A stretch of 40,000 bases of DNA. Source: an uncultured Roseibium sp. (lineage in GTDB: Bacteria; Pseudomonadota; Alphaproteobacteria; Rhizobiales; Stappiaceae). This document shows positions 9,283-17,289 of this stretch, one piece after another; position 1 is the stretch's first letter, and the number at the start of each line of letters is the position of its first letter. The notes below the pieces were generated by a model. That model did not search any database. It was not told the origin of the DNA and was given only the letters and a program-made list of their open reading frames with translations. Made by a program: the position numbers and the translations under genes. The DNA lies in NCBI RefSeq assembly GCF_963675985.2, contig NZ_CAXXUC010000002.1:3054285-3094284 (forward strand). Direction: 5' to 3'.

Positions 9283-10056
9283 TCAGGCCTTCTTGTTCGA
9301 GACGTGCCATGGCGTCAGCCAGGCGCGGAGCTGCGAAATCAGCCCGTAGAGCACAAGGCCGACGAGTGTCAGGATCACGATGGTGCCGAAGAGTTCGGCA
9401 ACGGCCAGATCCTGCAGATAAGCCACGGCCAGGTAGCCGAGCCCCTCGTTGCCGCCGATGAACTCCCCGACGATGGCACCGATCATGGCCAGCACGACCG
9501 CGACCTCGGCACCGGCCAGAATGACCGGCAGGGCTGACGGCAGCTCCAGCAGCGTGAACCGCTGCCAGGACTTCGCCTGAAGCATGGTGAGCACGTCCTT
9601 GTCTCCGGGCTCGACCGACTTGAAGGCGACCAGCGAGTTGGAGAAGACCGGGAAGAACGACAGGGCCGCCGCGATCACGATCTTCGATTCCAATCCAAAG
9701 CCGAACCACAGGATGAAGAGTGGTGCCAAAGCGATTTTCGGGATCAGCTGCAGACAGACGATGAAAGGCTTCGCCGCCCATTCGACCGGCGGGAACCGGG
9801 CCATGGTGAAGCCCAGGCCGACACCGATGAACGTGGCGATCAGGAACCCGGAGATCGCTTCCGTCGCCGTTATCCGCGCATGATGCCAGAGTTTCGGCTC
9901 GGTAATCATCTGGCTCAGTGCAACCAGGATCTTTTCCGGCGGCGGCAGAACGAAGGCGGAGACGTCCGCCGAATGAACATAGACCGACCAGATGATCAGG
10001 AAAACGGTCACCGAGGCGATCGGCAAGCCGATCCGGTACAGGCGTTCCCGGCTCAT
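9283..10056 (-). CDS. ABC transporter permease, NitT/TauT (nitrate/sulfonate/bicarbonate) type
   Basis: 257-aa membrane protein. 4-nt overlap with the upstream ATPase gene. Confidence 0.85.
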   Translation of the reverse strand: MSRERLYRIGLPIASVTVFLIIWSVYVHSADVSAFVLPPPEKILVALSQMITEPKLWHHARITATEAISGFLIATFIGVGLGFTMARFPPVEWAAKPFIVCLQLIPKIALAPLFILWFGFGLESKIVIAAALSFFPVFSNSLVAFKSVEPGDKDVLTMLQAKSWQRFTLLELPSALPVILAGAEVAVVLAMIGAIVGEFIGGNEGLGYLAVAYLQDLAVAELFGTIVILTLVGLVLYGLISQLRAWLTPWHVSNKKA

Positions 10057-10859
10057 TGCATCCCTCCCGTCAGAGCGTTTCTCAGATGGGCAACCGCGTC
10101 CTGGAACTCCGTTCGCCGTTGCAGATCGAGATCGCGGGGTCTTGGGAATGGAAGGTCCTCAATCCCGATGATGCGGGCGGGGCGCGGCGCGAGCACCACG
10201 ACCCTGTCGCTCAGGAAGGCGGCCTCGGTGATCGAGTGCGTGACCAGGATCGTGGTCACCTTCGCCCGGGCGCAGACGTTCATCAGCTCCATGTTGAGCG
10301 TGTCGCGCGTCATGGCGTCGAGCGCACCGAAAGGCTCGTCGAGCAGCAGCACCTGGGGATCGGTGACAAGGGCACGTGCGAGCGACGCGCGCTGGCGCAT
10401 GCCTCCGGAGAGTTCCGACGGGCGATTGTTTTCAAAGCCGGCCAGGCCGACCATGTCGCACAGCGCGATGGCCCGCTCCATCCGCTCGGCCTTCGCAACG
10501 CCGGAAATCCGGAGCGGCAACGCGACGTTTTCCGCAACCGAGAACCAGGGAAACAGACGCGCTTCCTGGAACATCATGGAAACCGGCCGGGTTGCTTCCA
10601 CCGACCGTTTCCGGCCCGACCAGACGGCGTTGCCGCGAACGGCCACGTCGCCGCTGGTGGGGTATTCCAACCCCGCGATGATCCGCAGCAATGTGGTCTT
10701 TCCGCATCCCGACGGCCCGAGCAGGGAGACGAACTCTCCCTTGCTCAAAGTCAGGCTGGCGTTGGAGATCGCCGTGACGGCCTTGTCGTCCGTTCCGAAG
10801 ATCTTCTCCACGCCCGAGAGTGCGATTTCCGGTTCTTTTGAAACCGTATGTGCATTCAT
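10053..10859 (-). CDS. ABC transporter ATP-binding protein, NitT/TauT type
   Basis: Walker A GPSGCGKTT, signature LSGGMRQRASLARAL, Walker B LLLDEPFGALD. Confidence 0.95.
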   Translation of the reverse strand: MNAHTVSKEPEIALSGVEKIFGTDDKAVTAISNASLTLSKGEFVSLLGPSGCGKTTLLRIIAGLEYPTSGDVAVRGNAVWSGRKRSVEATRPVSMMFQEARLFPWFSVAENVALPLRISGVAKAERMERAIALCDMVGLAGFENNRPSELSGGMRQRASLARALVTDPQVLLLDEPFGALDAMTRDTLNMELMNVCARAKVTTILVTHSITEAAFLSDRVVVLAPRPARIIGIEDLPFPRPRDLDLQRRTEFQDAVAHLRNALTGGMQ

Positions 10860-11875
10860 TTCTGCAGGGCCTTGTCGAGCAGGGCGTTGGTGTAGAGGGA
10901 TTTCGGATCCGGCGTGGTGTCGATCATCTTCGCCTCGGTCAGAAGCGAGACCGCCTTTTCCCAGACTTCGGGAATGTTGCGCAGCAGATTCGCCTCGGAC
11001 TTGGACACCCAGTTTTCCGAGTTGGCACGCAGATCCTGCTTGGCCGTTTCCATGTCTTTGAGACCGCGCACGTCGTGCTTGGATCCGATGGCCTTCAGGA
11101 TCGGCTCCAGATCGGAGGCCGTCGCGATTTCGAGTGCGGATTTATGGGTCGCGCGCAGAAACTTGACGAACTTCTCCGGGTTTTCCTTGATCGCGTCTTC
11201 ATGCGCGACATAGACCTGCCCGGGCATGCCGTCATCCATGGGAATGGCATGAACGTCGTCGCTGGCGGCCTTGGCCTTGATCATGGAGGAGGTATTGCCG
11301 ATGAAAGCGCCCGCGCGGCCGGCCTCGATCAGGGCGAAGGATGCGGCGCTGTCGGCGACCTTGACCTTCTCAACAGAGTCCGTTGCAAGGCCCGCGCCGG
11401 ATAAGAGCAGGTCGAGCGTGCCTTCCATCGAGCCCCCGAGGGAAGCCATGCCTACGGTACGGCCCTTCAGGTCGGCGACCGTGTTCACCGGGTTCGACTT
11501 GGAAGAGATGATGTAGAACGGCGAAAGCTGCGCGATGGTCGCGATCGAAATCAGCGGCGCGCCGTTGTTGACCTTGGAAACAATGTAGTTGGTGCCCCCG
11601 GTCCGCCCGGAATCCATCTGCTTCGCAATCACCATCTGGGCGGCCATGGCTGCGCCCTTGGCCGACTGGATCGAGAAGGTCAGGCCTTCGTCGGCGTAGT
11701 AGCCGGCGGCTTCCGCATAGAGAACGGAGCCGAATGCCAGAGACAGGCTGAACGGGGTTATGAATTGAAACTCATCGCCCGCAGCATATCCGGATTTCGG
11801 AAGGGCAAGATAGGCTGCCCCGGTGGCTGCTGCGCCAAGAAAATTCCTGCGGTTCAGTTTACCTGTCATCATCAT
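10856..11875 (-). CDS. ABC transporter substrate-binding protein (NMT1/THI5-like) with a Tat-type signal
   Basis: Start moved to the MMM cluster (11875). Twin-arginine motif NRRNFLGAAATGAAYLALP. 4-nt overlap with the ATPase gene. Confidence 0.8.
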   Translation of the reverse strand: MMMTGKLNRRNFLGAAATGAAYLALPKSGYAAGDEFQFITPFSLSLAFGSVLYAEAAGYYADEGLTFSIQSAKGAAMAAQMVIAKQMDSGRTGGTNYIVSKVNNGAPLISIATIAQLSPFYIISSKSNPVNTVADLKGRTVGMASLGGSMEGTLDLLLSGAGLATDSVEKVKVADSAASFALIEAGRAGAFIGNTSSMIKAKAASDDVHAIPMDDGMPGQVYVAHEDAIKENPEKFVKFLRATHKSALEIATASDLEPILKAIGSKHDVRGLKDMETAKQDLRANSENWVSKSEANLLRNIPEVWEKAVSLLTEAKMIDTTPDPKSLYTNALLDKALQK

Positions 11876-11950
11876 GCTGGCGTCCCCGTTTGCTTGTTGG
11901 CAGTTACGAAGACTCAAGCCTATGTGTAAGTATTTTCACTAGCGATAGGC

Positions 11951-11988
11951 CGTTTTATATATAAAACGCAGGTTAAAAAGAAAACGCA
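11951..11988. promoter_or_regulatory. candidate operator upstream of ABC operon no. 1
   Basis: Perfect 18-bp palindrome CGTTTTATATATAAAACG (11951-11968). The octamer AAAACGCA occurs at 11963-11970 and 11981-11988. Confidence 0.4.
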
Positions 11989-12028
11989 ACCAGAGATATA
12001 CTTTTCCTTCTTACCGCTACCCTAAGCA

Positions 12029-12811
12029 CTACGTTGCCGTTTCCTGCCAGCCGAGCAACCTGGAAATGCGCTTGGCTGTCCGAACCACGGACTCACGCAC
12101 CGGGCCGTGGATCTCCGCCAGGTGCTGTTCGGAGATCGGTGCGGTGACATTGATGCCGGCGGCAACGCGCCCGGTGATGTCGTGAATGGGCGCTGCGACC
12201 GAGGCAATACCCGCTTCGAAATTGCCGGCATGCACGATCGCTTCCGCGCCATGATCTGCTTTCGCCTGGGAGAGGACCTCGGTCATGCTGATGGCACCGC
12301 GCACAAGCGAGGCGTTGTCGCTGCGGAACATGCTGACGAGGCTGTCGGTGGACAGATCCGCCAGCATCACGCGCCCGATGGCGGTGTTTCGGGCAGGAAG
12401 CCGGCTACCGACATGGACAATGGACATGTCCGCATATTTGGCAGGAATCCGAAGCACGTAGAGAACCGAGGTGCCGTCCAGCACCCCCATATGGGCGGAC
12501 CAGTTCAGTTCGTCGCGCAGGCGCTCCAGTTCCGGCTGGGCGATCTCCACGATCTCGCGCGTGGCCAGATAACCGTAGCTGAGCCTCAGGATACCGGGAC
12601 CGACCGCATAGGTGTTGGTGCGCTGGTCGTGGATCAGGCATCCCATCTCTGCTAGTGTGTAGACCGTACGGAACGCTGCGGAGCGCGTGATCCCCAGACG
12701 TTCGGATATGTCTTTCAGGGAAAGGTTCGGTGTTTCCGGGGTAAAACACTGCAACGCCTTCAATCCGCGCACGAGGCCCGGGACCAGGTATCGATCCTCG
12801 TCAGCCGCCAT
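12029..12811 (-). CDS. IclR family transcriptional regulator
   Basis: 260 aa. N-terminal wHTH (LSLKDISERLGITRSAAFRTVYTLAEMG) followed by a C-terminal effector-domain-sized region. Confidence 0.9.
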   Translation of the reverse strand: MAADEDRYLVPGLVRGLKALQCFTPETPNLSLKDISERLGITRSAAFRTVYTLAEMGCLIHDQRTNTYAVGPGILRLSYGYLATREIVEIAQPELERLRDELNWSAHMGVLDGTSVLYVLRIPAKYADMSIVHVGSRLPARNTAIGRVMLADLSTDSLVSMFRSDNASLVRGAISMTEVLSQAKADHGAEAIVHAGNFEAGIASVAAPIHDITGRVAAGINVTAPISEQHLAEIHGPVRESVVRTAKRISRLLGWQETAT

Positions 12812-12849
12812 GTTCTCTCATCTTCCTGTTCGCCGAAGTGAAATCGGTT

Positions 12850-12917
12850 TGCGTTTCACCAGTAAAACGCAGCCTCACCCGTAAAACAAGATGCCCCTAG
12901 AGTTGATCCATATCAAC
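12850..12917. promoter_or_regulatory. candidate operators between the iclR gene and the bicupin gene
   Basis: Inverted repeat TGCGTTT-N8-AAACGCA (12850-12871) shares its half-site with the 11951-11988 region. A second inverted repeat, GTTGAT-N4-ATCAAC, lies at 12902-12917. Confidence 0.4.
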
Positions 12918-12942
12918 CGCGTATGAGGACGGAGACGCTGTC

Positions 12943-13890
12943 ATGAACATTGAGAACCAGGAATTCAAAACGCTTCAAGAGGCTCTGAAGGCCAATACCG
13001 GCCGCTTTGTCGACAAGCGCTTCGACTGGGAAGCCTTCCCGTCGAACATCGGTTTTCCCGACCTTTCCCGCGCCCAGATGCGTTACATTGGCGCCGGTGG
13101 CTCGCCGAAGGTCGGCGACAACACGACCCTTAAGCCGGATCACTTCACCCTGTCCCTGATCTACAAGGAGCCGGGCAAATACGCCGCCTGCCACAGCCAT
13201 GAGATCGAGGAAAGTTTCCTGATCATCGACGGCAGCCTGATCGTCGGCTGGGAAAAGGACGGCGAAGTGGTCGAAGTCAACCTCGGCCCGAAGGACATGA
13301 TCCTGAACGCCCGCGAAATCGGCCACGGTTTCCGTGTCGACGGCGTCGAGCCGGTTTTGATGTCGATTTCCGTCGACGTCGGCAAGCCGCTGCCGCCGGT
13401 CTACCACTACCACCCGAAGGAGCATGCGCCGGAACTGGCCCGCAGCTTCGGTGCCGAACCGGGCAAGACCATGCCGTTCGACCCGAACGGATCCCATCCC
13501 CTGCAGAAGCTGATGGGAAAATACGTTGCCCGTCACAATGAACTGGAAACGATCTGGGACGATGCCGGCTTCACCCGCAAGGTCTACTGCGGCCCCGGAG
13601 GCGTGGAGACCGACACCTGCCGGAAGGAAATGCTCGGTATTCCGTCGCGGGTCGGCGTCAAGCCGTTCACGCGGGACGTGGAAGACGCTTTCCTGGTGCT
13701 TGAAGGCTCCCTGACCGTCGGGTGGGAAGAGAACGGCGAAACCACTGAAGTCGAACTCGGACCGCGCGACCTTGTGAAGACCCCGGCCGGCCGCAAGCAC
13801 TGGTTCCGCAACAACAGCGCCACGCCTGCAACCGTCTGGTATGTGGTGGGCTCCGCCGTGCCGGAAACGGTCAAGTTCGAAAAGGCCTGA
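12943..13890 (+). CDS. bicupin (two cupin domains) protein, possible metal-dependent dioxygenase
   Basis: 315 aa. The N-terminal cupin has HSHEIEESFLIIDG (HxH...E) plus a downstream GH. The C-terminal repeat RDVEDAFLVLEG lacks the His pair. GGACGGAG ribosome-binding site upstream. Confidence 0.75.
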   Translation: MNIENQEFKTLQEALKANTGRFVDKRFDWEAFPSNIGFPDLSRAQMRYIGAGGSPKVGDNTTLKPDHFTLSLIYKEPGKYAACHSHEIEESFLIIDGSLIVGWEKDGEVVEVNLGPKDMILNAREIGHGFRVDGVEPVLMSISVDVGKPLPPVYHYHPKEHAPELARSFGAEPGKTMPFDPNGSHPLQKLMGKYVARHNELETIWDDAGFTRKVYCGPGGVETDTCRKEMLGIPSRVGVKPFTRDVEDAFLVLEGSLTVGWEENGETTEVELGPRDLVKTPAGRKHWFRNNSATPATVWYVVGSAVPETVKFEKA

Positions 13891-13918
13891 CAGCTCCGGA
13901 TTCGAAGCTGACTAGACG

Positions 13919-13974
13919 ATGAAAGGGGCGGCTGCCCGACGGCATGGATTGCCCGAGCGGCCGCCCCTTTTCAT
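13919..13974 (+). terminator. stem-loop after the bicupin gene, possible intrinsic terminator
   Basis: Perfect 11-bp arms AAAGGGGCGGC (13922-13932) / GCCGCCCCTTT (13960-13970), followed by T. The 27-nt loop is large, which lowers confidence. Confidence 0.45.
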
Positions 13975-14064
13975 GAGATGAAGGATCTCTTTTGCACACA
14001 GCTTGCGAGAAGGCCTCCTTCGTCACCGAGGTCCCCTGATATCGAGAGTTACGTAGTAATCCGG

Positions 14065-14109
14065 TTGACGGGCACGCCACAAACGATAATAATTGAACTT
14101 AATGTTCAA
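14065..14109 (+). promoter_or_regulatory. sigma70-like promoter with an overlapping palindrome, upstream of the flavin monooxygenase gene
   Basis: TTGACG (14065-14070), 17-nt spacer, AATAAT (14088-14093). Inverted repeat TTGAAC-N5-GTTCAA at 14093-14109. The start codon is at 14134. Confidence 0.35.
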
Positions 14110-14133
14110 ATAAGAACTTTCAAAGGGATTCAA

Positions 14134-15276
14134 ATGGCCGTTTTGAAGATTGGAATCTGCGGTGGCGGTGTCGGTGGTTTGTGTGCGGCGATCGCGCTGA
14201 CCGACATGGGCCATAACGTGACGGTTTACGAACAGGCTTCCGAATTCGGCCGCGTGGGCGCCGATATCAACTTGACCCCCAATGCCGTCCATGCCCTCGA
14301 CCGGCTTGGGGTCGGCGAACGGTTGCGCGAAACCGCGGCACGTCCCACCCACCGCATCAGCCGCCAGTGGGACACCGGCGAGGAAACCTCGCGCCTGCCG
14401 ATGAGCACGGCCGCCGAGGAACGCTACGGCTCGCCGCAGTTGACCATCCACCGGGCCGACCTTCTCAACGCCCTGACTGACCGCCTTCCGGCCAACCGCA
14501 TCCTCTTCGGCTGCAAGGTGACCGGTATCGAACAGGACGACACAAAGGCGACCATCCGCTTTGCGGACGGCAGCCATGCGGACTTTGACGCGGTCATCGG
14601 TGCCGATGGCATCCACTCCGTCGTCCGGACCGCTCTGTTCGGCAAGGACGACCCGAAGTTCACCGGCCTGGTGTCCTACCGCGCGGTGTTCCCACGCTCC
14701 AAGGGCGCTGGTATTCCGGATCTCGATGCCTTCACGAAATGGTGGGGCCCGACCAGCGACTATCAGATCGTCACCTTCCCGCTCACCCGAGGCGAGGAGA
14801 TCTTCGTCTTCGCGACCACGCCTCAGACCGACTGGACCGAGGAAGGCTGGACCCTGCCGGGCGACATCAACGAACTGCGTGCGGTCTACAAGGACTTCCA
14901 CCCCCAGGCCCGCGCCCTGCTCGACGCCTGCGAGACCGTAACCCGGTCTGCGCTGCATGTGCGCACGCCGATGGAACACTGGTCCAAGGGCCGGATCACC
15001 ATTCTCGGCGACGCCGCCCATCCCATGGTGCCATTCATGGCCCAGGGCGCCTGCATGGCGATCGAGGACGCTGTCGTTCTGGCACGGTCCCTTGACGGCA
15101 GATCTTCCGCAGAGGTGCCGGCTGCACTCGAAACCTACGAGACCGCGCGGAAACCCCGTACCGCCCATGTCCAGGAAAGCTCGCTTGCCAATGAATGGCT
15201 GAAAGACCGAGGCAATGCCGACTGGGTCTACGGCTACCAAGCATGGGAAGTGGGTCTGGACGACCTGGCTGCGTGA
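14134..15276 (+). CDS. class A FAD-dependent aromatic monooxygenase (salicylate hydroxylase / 3-hydroxybenzoate 6-hydroxylase-like)
   Basis: Start moved to the ATG at 14134 (MAVLKIGICGGGVGGLCAAIAL, GxGxxG). ADGIHSVVR motif. GDAAHPMVPFMAQGACMAIEDA motif. Confidence 0.85.
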   Translation: MAVLKIGICGGGVGGLCAAIALTDMGHNVTVYEQASEFGRVGADINLTPNAVHALDRLGVGERLRETAARPTHRISRQWDTGEETSRLPMSTAAEERYGSPQLTIHRADLLNALTDRLPANRILFGCKVTGIEQDDTKATIRFADGSHADFDAVIGADGIHSVVRTALFGKDDPKFTGLVSYRAVFPRSKGAGIPDLDAFTKWWGPTSDYQIVTFPLTRGEEIFVFATTPQTDWTEEGWTLPGDINELRAVYKDFHPQARALLDACETVTRSALHVRTPMEHWSKGRITILGDAAHPMVPFMAQGACMAIEDAVVLARSLDGRSSAEVPAALETYETARKPRTAHVQESSLANEWLKDRGNADWVYGYQAWEVGLDDLAA

Positions 15277-15292
15277 CGAAACGGCGATTGAG

Positions 15293-15337
15293 AAGCTGAT
15301 CAATATGTGACATATCGTTCATATTAGATCAGCTTTT
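15293..15337 (+). terminator. imperfect 15-bp palindrome between the monooxygenase gene and the second iclR gene (terminator and/or operator)
   Basis: AAGCTGATCAATATG (15293-15307) pairs with CATATTAGATCAGCTT (15320-15335) with one bulged base, followed by TT. Confidence 0.35.
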
Positions 15338-15391
15338 CTGAGATCATCCCGATTTCGTATAAAAGTAAATAACCTGGATCAGGGGGGCAGC

Positions 15392-16210
15392 ATGACGTTG
15401 GCATCCGACAAGGACGCGGAACAGACAGGCTATTCGGTCCCGCCGGTTCTGCGGGCAATCGCACTGCTGCGCTATATCGGAGCCGGCAACCGCTGCCGCA
15501 ACATCTCTTCGGCCTCCAAGGAACTGGGCATCAACCGCACCACGTTGATCCGCCTCATTCATACGCTGGAAGACGAGCGCATGATCGAGGAGATCGACGA
15601 AGGCGCCGGCTACCGGCTCGGAACCGGGTTGATCGCGCTGGCTTCCGAGGCCATCGCCGACCGGGACGTCGTCCAGGTCGCCCGGCCGATCCTTGCCGAC
15701 CTGGCAGCCGAACTCAACCTGTCGGCACATCTGGGCATTCTCGACGGGCTCGAGATCGTCTACCTGGCCCGGGAAACGCCGAACTCCTATCTGGTCAGCA
15801 ACGTGCGCGTGGGCACCCGTTTACCGGCGCATGCGACCACCATCGGACGCATTCTGCTGTCCGAGCTCGCGCCCGAGGCGTTGCACAAGCTTTATGACCA
15901 CGTGACGCTCGATGCCTATACGGACAAGACCAGAACCTCCCTGGAGGAACTGGAAGCGCAACTCGCCGAGGACCGCAAAGGCAGTATCGCCTGGAGTGTC
16001 GCCAACTTCGAGCCCGGGATCGGTTCCTGCGCAGTCGCCGTTTACGACGATCGCGGCCGTGCGGTCGGCGGCATTAACGTGACCGGGCAGGACAGCGTGT
16101 TCACGCCTGGAACTTACGAGGCGAATGTGATCGAACGCGCCATAAAGTCCGCCGCGAACCGGATTTCCGAGGGGCTCGGCCACACCTCGCGCACCGCTCG
16201 CAGAGCCTAA
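15392..16210 (+). CDS. IclR family transcriptional regulator
   Basis: 272 aa. wHTH (ISSASKELGINRTTLIRLIHTLEDERM). AGGGGGG ribosome-binding site before the ATG. Confidence 0.9.
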   Translation: MTLASDKDAEQTGYSVPPVLRAIALLRYIGAGNRCRNISSASKELGINRTTLIRLIHTLEDERMIEEIDEGAGYRLGTGLIALASEAIADRDVVQVARPILADLAAELNLSAHLGILDGLEIVYLARETPNSYLVSNVRVGTRLPAHATTIGRILLSELAPEALHKLYDHVTLDAYTDKTRTSLEELEAQLAEDRKGSIAWSVANFEPGIGSCAVAVYDDRGRAVGGINVTGQDSVFTPGTYEANVIERAIKSAANRISEGLGHTSRTARRA

Positions 16211-16222
16211 TTTCAGAAATAA

Positions 16223-16822
16223 TCAGTCGTAGGTATAACCGAAGGACAGGCCGAACCGGTCCGCCGTCAGCGGTCGGTTGCCGGTCAGGGCCCGGCGGAG
16301 CCACAAGCGACCGTGGATCTGGGTGTCGGTGAAATCGGCGTTTTCCGGAAGCCGGACACCATCAAACCAAAGCCCACCCAACCACTCGGCGCCGGAGAAA
16401 TCCGCCTGTTTGCGTAAGTTCGCGCCTTCCAGCGAAAAGTTGCCATAGGCGACGACGGCTGAAAAATCCGCGTTGTCCTCAAAAACGGCACCATTGAAGT
16501 TGCCGATGCCGCGGAATTCACACCCGGCAAAGGACACTGTGCGGGAGAAGGTTACCTCTTCGAACCGCGCGTCGTTGCGAAACGAAGCGCCCGCGAAGGA
16601 AACCTCGCCGCCGAAGACCGATCCGCCGAACCAGGACAGGCCCTGGAACACCGCATCGCGCGCATCGATGCCGTCGGGAAACCGCGCATTCCGGAAATCG
16701 ACGCCAGCCAACTCAAGGCCGGCGAGATCAAGCCTGCCTTCGCAGTCGACCCCGGATAGATCGATGCGCTCGCCGTGATGCCACGGCGTCGACAGGCGGT
16801 CGCGGATTTCCCCCGCCAACAT
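16223..16822 (-). CDS. pentapeptide-repeat protein
   Basis: Tandem A(D/N)LxX-like pentapeptides run through most of the protein (e.g. GASFRNDARFEEVTFSRTVSFAGCEFRGIGNFNGAVFEDNADFS). Start placed at the ATG 16822-16820, which overlaps the flavodoxin stop as TAATG. Confidence 0.85.
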   Translation of the reverse strand: MLAGEIRDRLSTPWHHGERIDLSGVDCEGRLDLAGLELAGVDFRNARFPDGIDARDAVFQGLSWFGGSVFGGEVSFAGASFRNDARFEEVTFSRTVSFAGCEFRGIGNFNGAVFEDNADFSAVVAYGNFSLEGANLRKQADFSGAEWLGGLWFDGVRLPENADFTDTQIHGRLWLRRALTGNRPLTADRFGLSFGYTYD

Positions 16823-17289
16823 TACGCGGCCTCTGAGTTCTGTTTTTCTGCGAGAGCGACCATTTCCTCCGCCCAAGGCAGAGCCAGATCATCCGCCATG
16901 TCGGCGCCGGACGCATCATGGGTCAGCCGCTCGCCAAGCTGGGTCGCGCCGTGTTTGGTGAGCAGATCGGCAATATGCTTGCTGCCGTGGTTGAAGGTCT
17001 CGTCATATTCGGAATCGCCGAGACCGAAGACGGAGAAACAGACGCCGGAGAGATCCGCGTCGGACTTGGCCATGGCTTCCTCGAAGGGTTTCGCCGAGGC
17101 AGGCAGTTCGCCGTCGCCGTAGGTCGAACAGACAACCAGGTAGAACCCGCCTGCCTCGAAGTCGTCCGGCGCGAAATCGGACAGGTTGACGGCTTCGGCG
17201 TCGTGGTCGCCTTCCAGGCTGGAGACGATGTCCTCCGCCAGCATCTCGGCATTCCCGGTTTCGGTACCGTAGAGAACAGTGATCTTCAT
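16822..17289 (-). CDS. flavodoxin
   Basis: 155 aa. N-terminal FMN phosphate-binding signature KITVLYGTETGNAEMLAEDI. ATGA overlap with the upstream reductase gene. Confidence 0.9.
   Translation of the reverse strand: MKITVLYGTETGNAEMLAEDIVSSLEGDHDAEAVNLSDFAPDDFEAGGFYLVVCSTYGDGELPASAKPFEEAMAKSDADLSGVCFSVFGLGDSEYDETFNHGSKHIADLLTKHGATQLGERLTHDASGADMADDLALPWAEEMVALAEKQNSEAA

Noticed and set aside
16823-16876. A longer N-terminus for the pentapeptide-repeat protein (ORF-track start at 16876). The same applies to the long N-terminal extension of the ThDP enzyme (22548-22745).
   Set aside because: The extensions overlap the upstream genes, and their translations are Arg-rich and implausible. Internal ATG starts give a TAATG coupling (16822) or a good ribosome-binding site plus the canonical N-terminus MKMEKITITETVGDF (22547).
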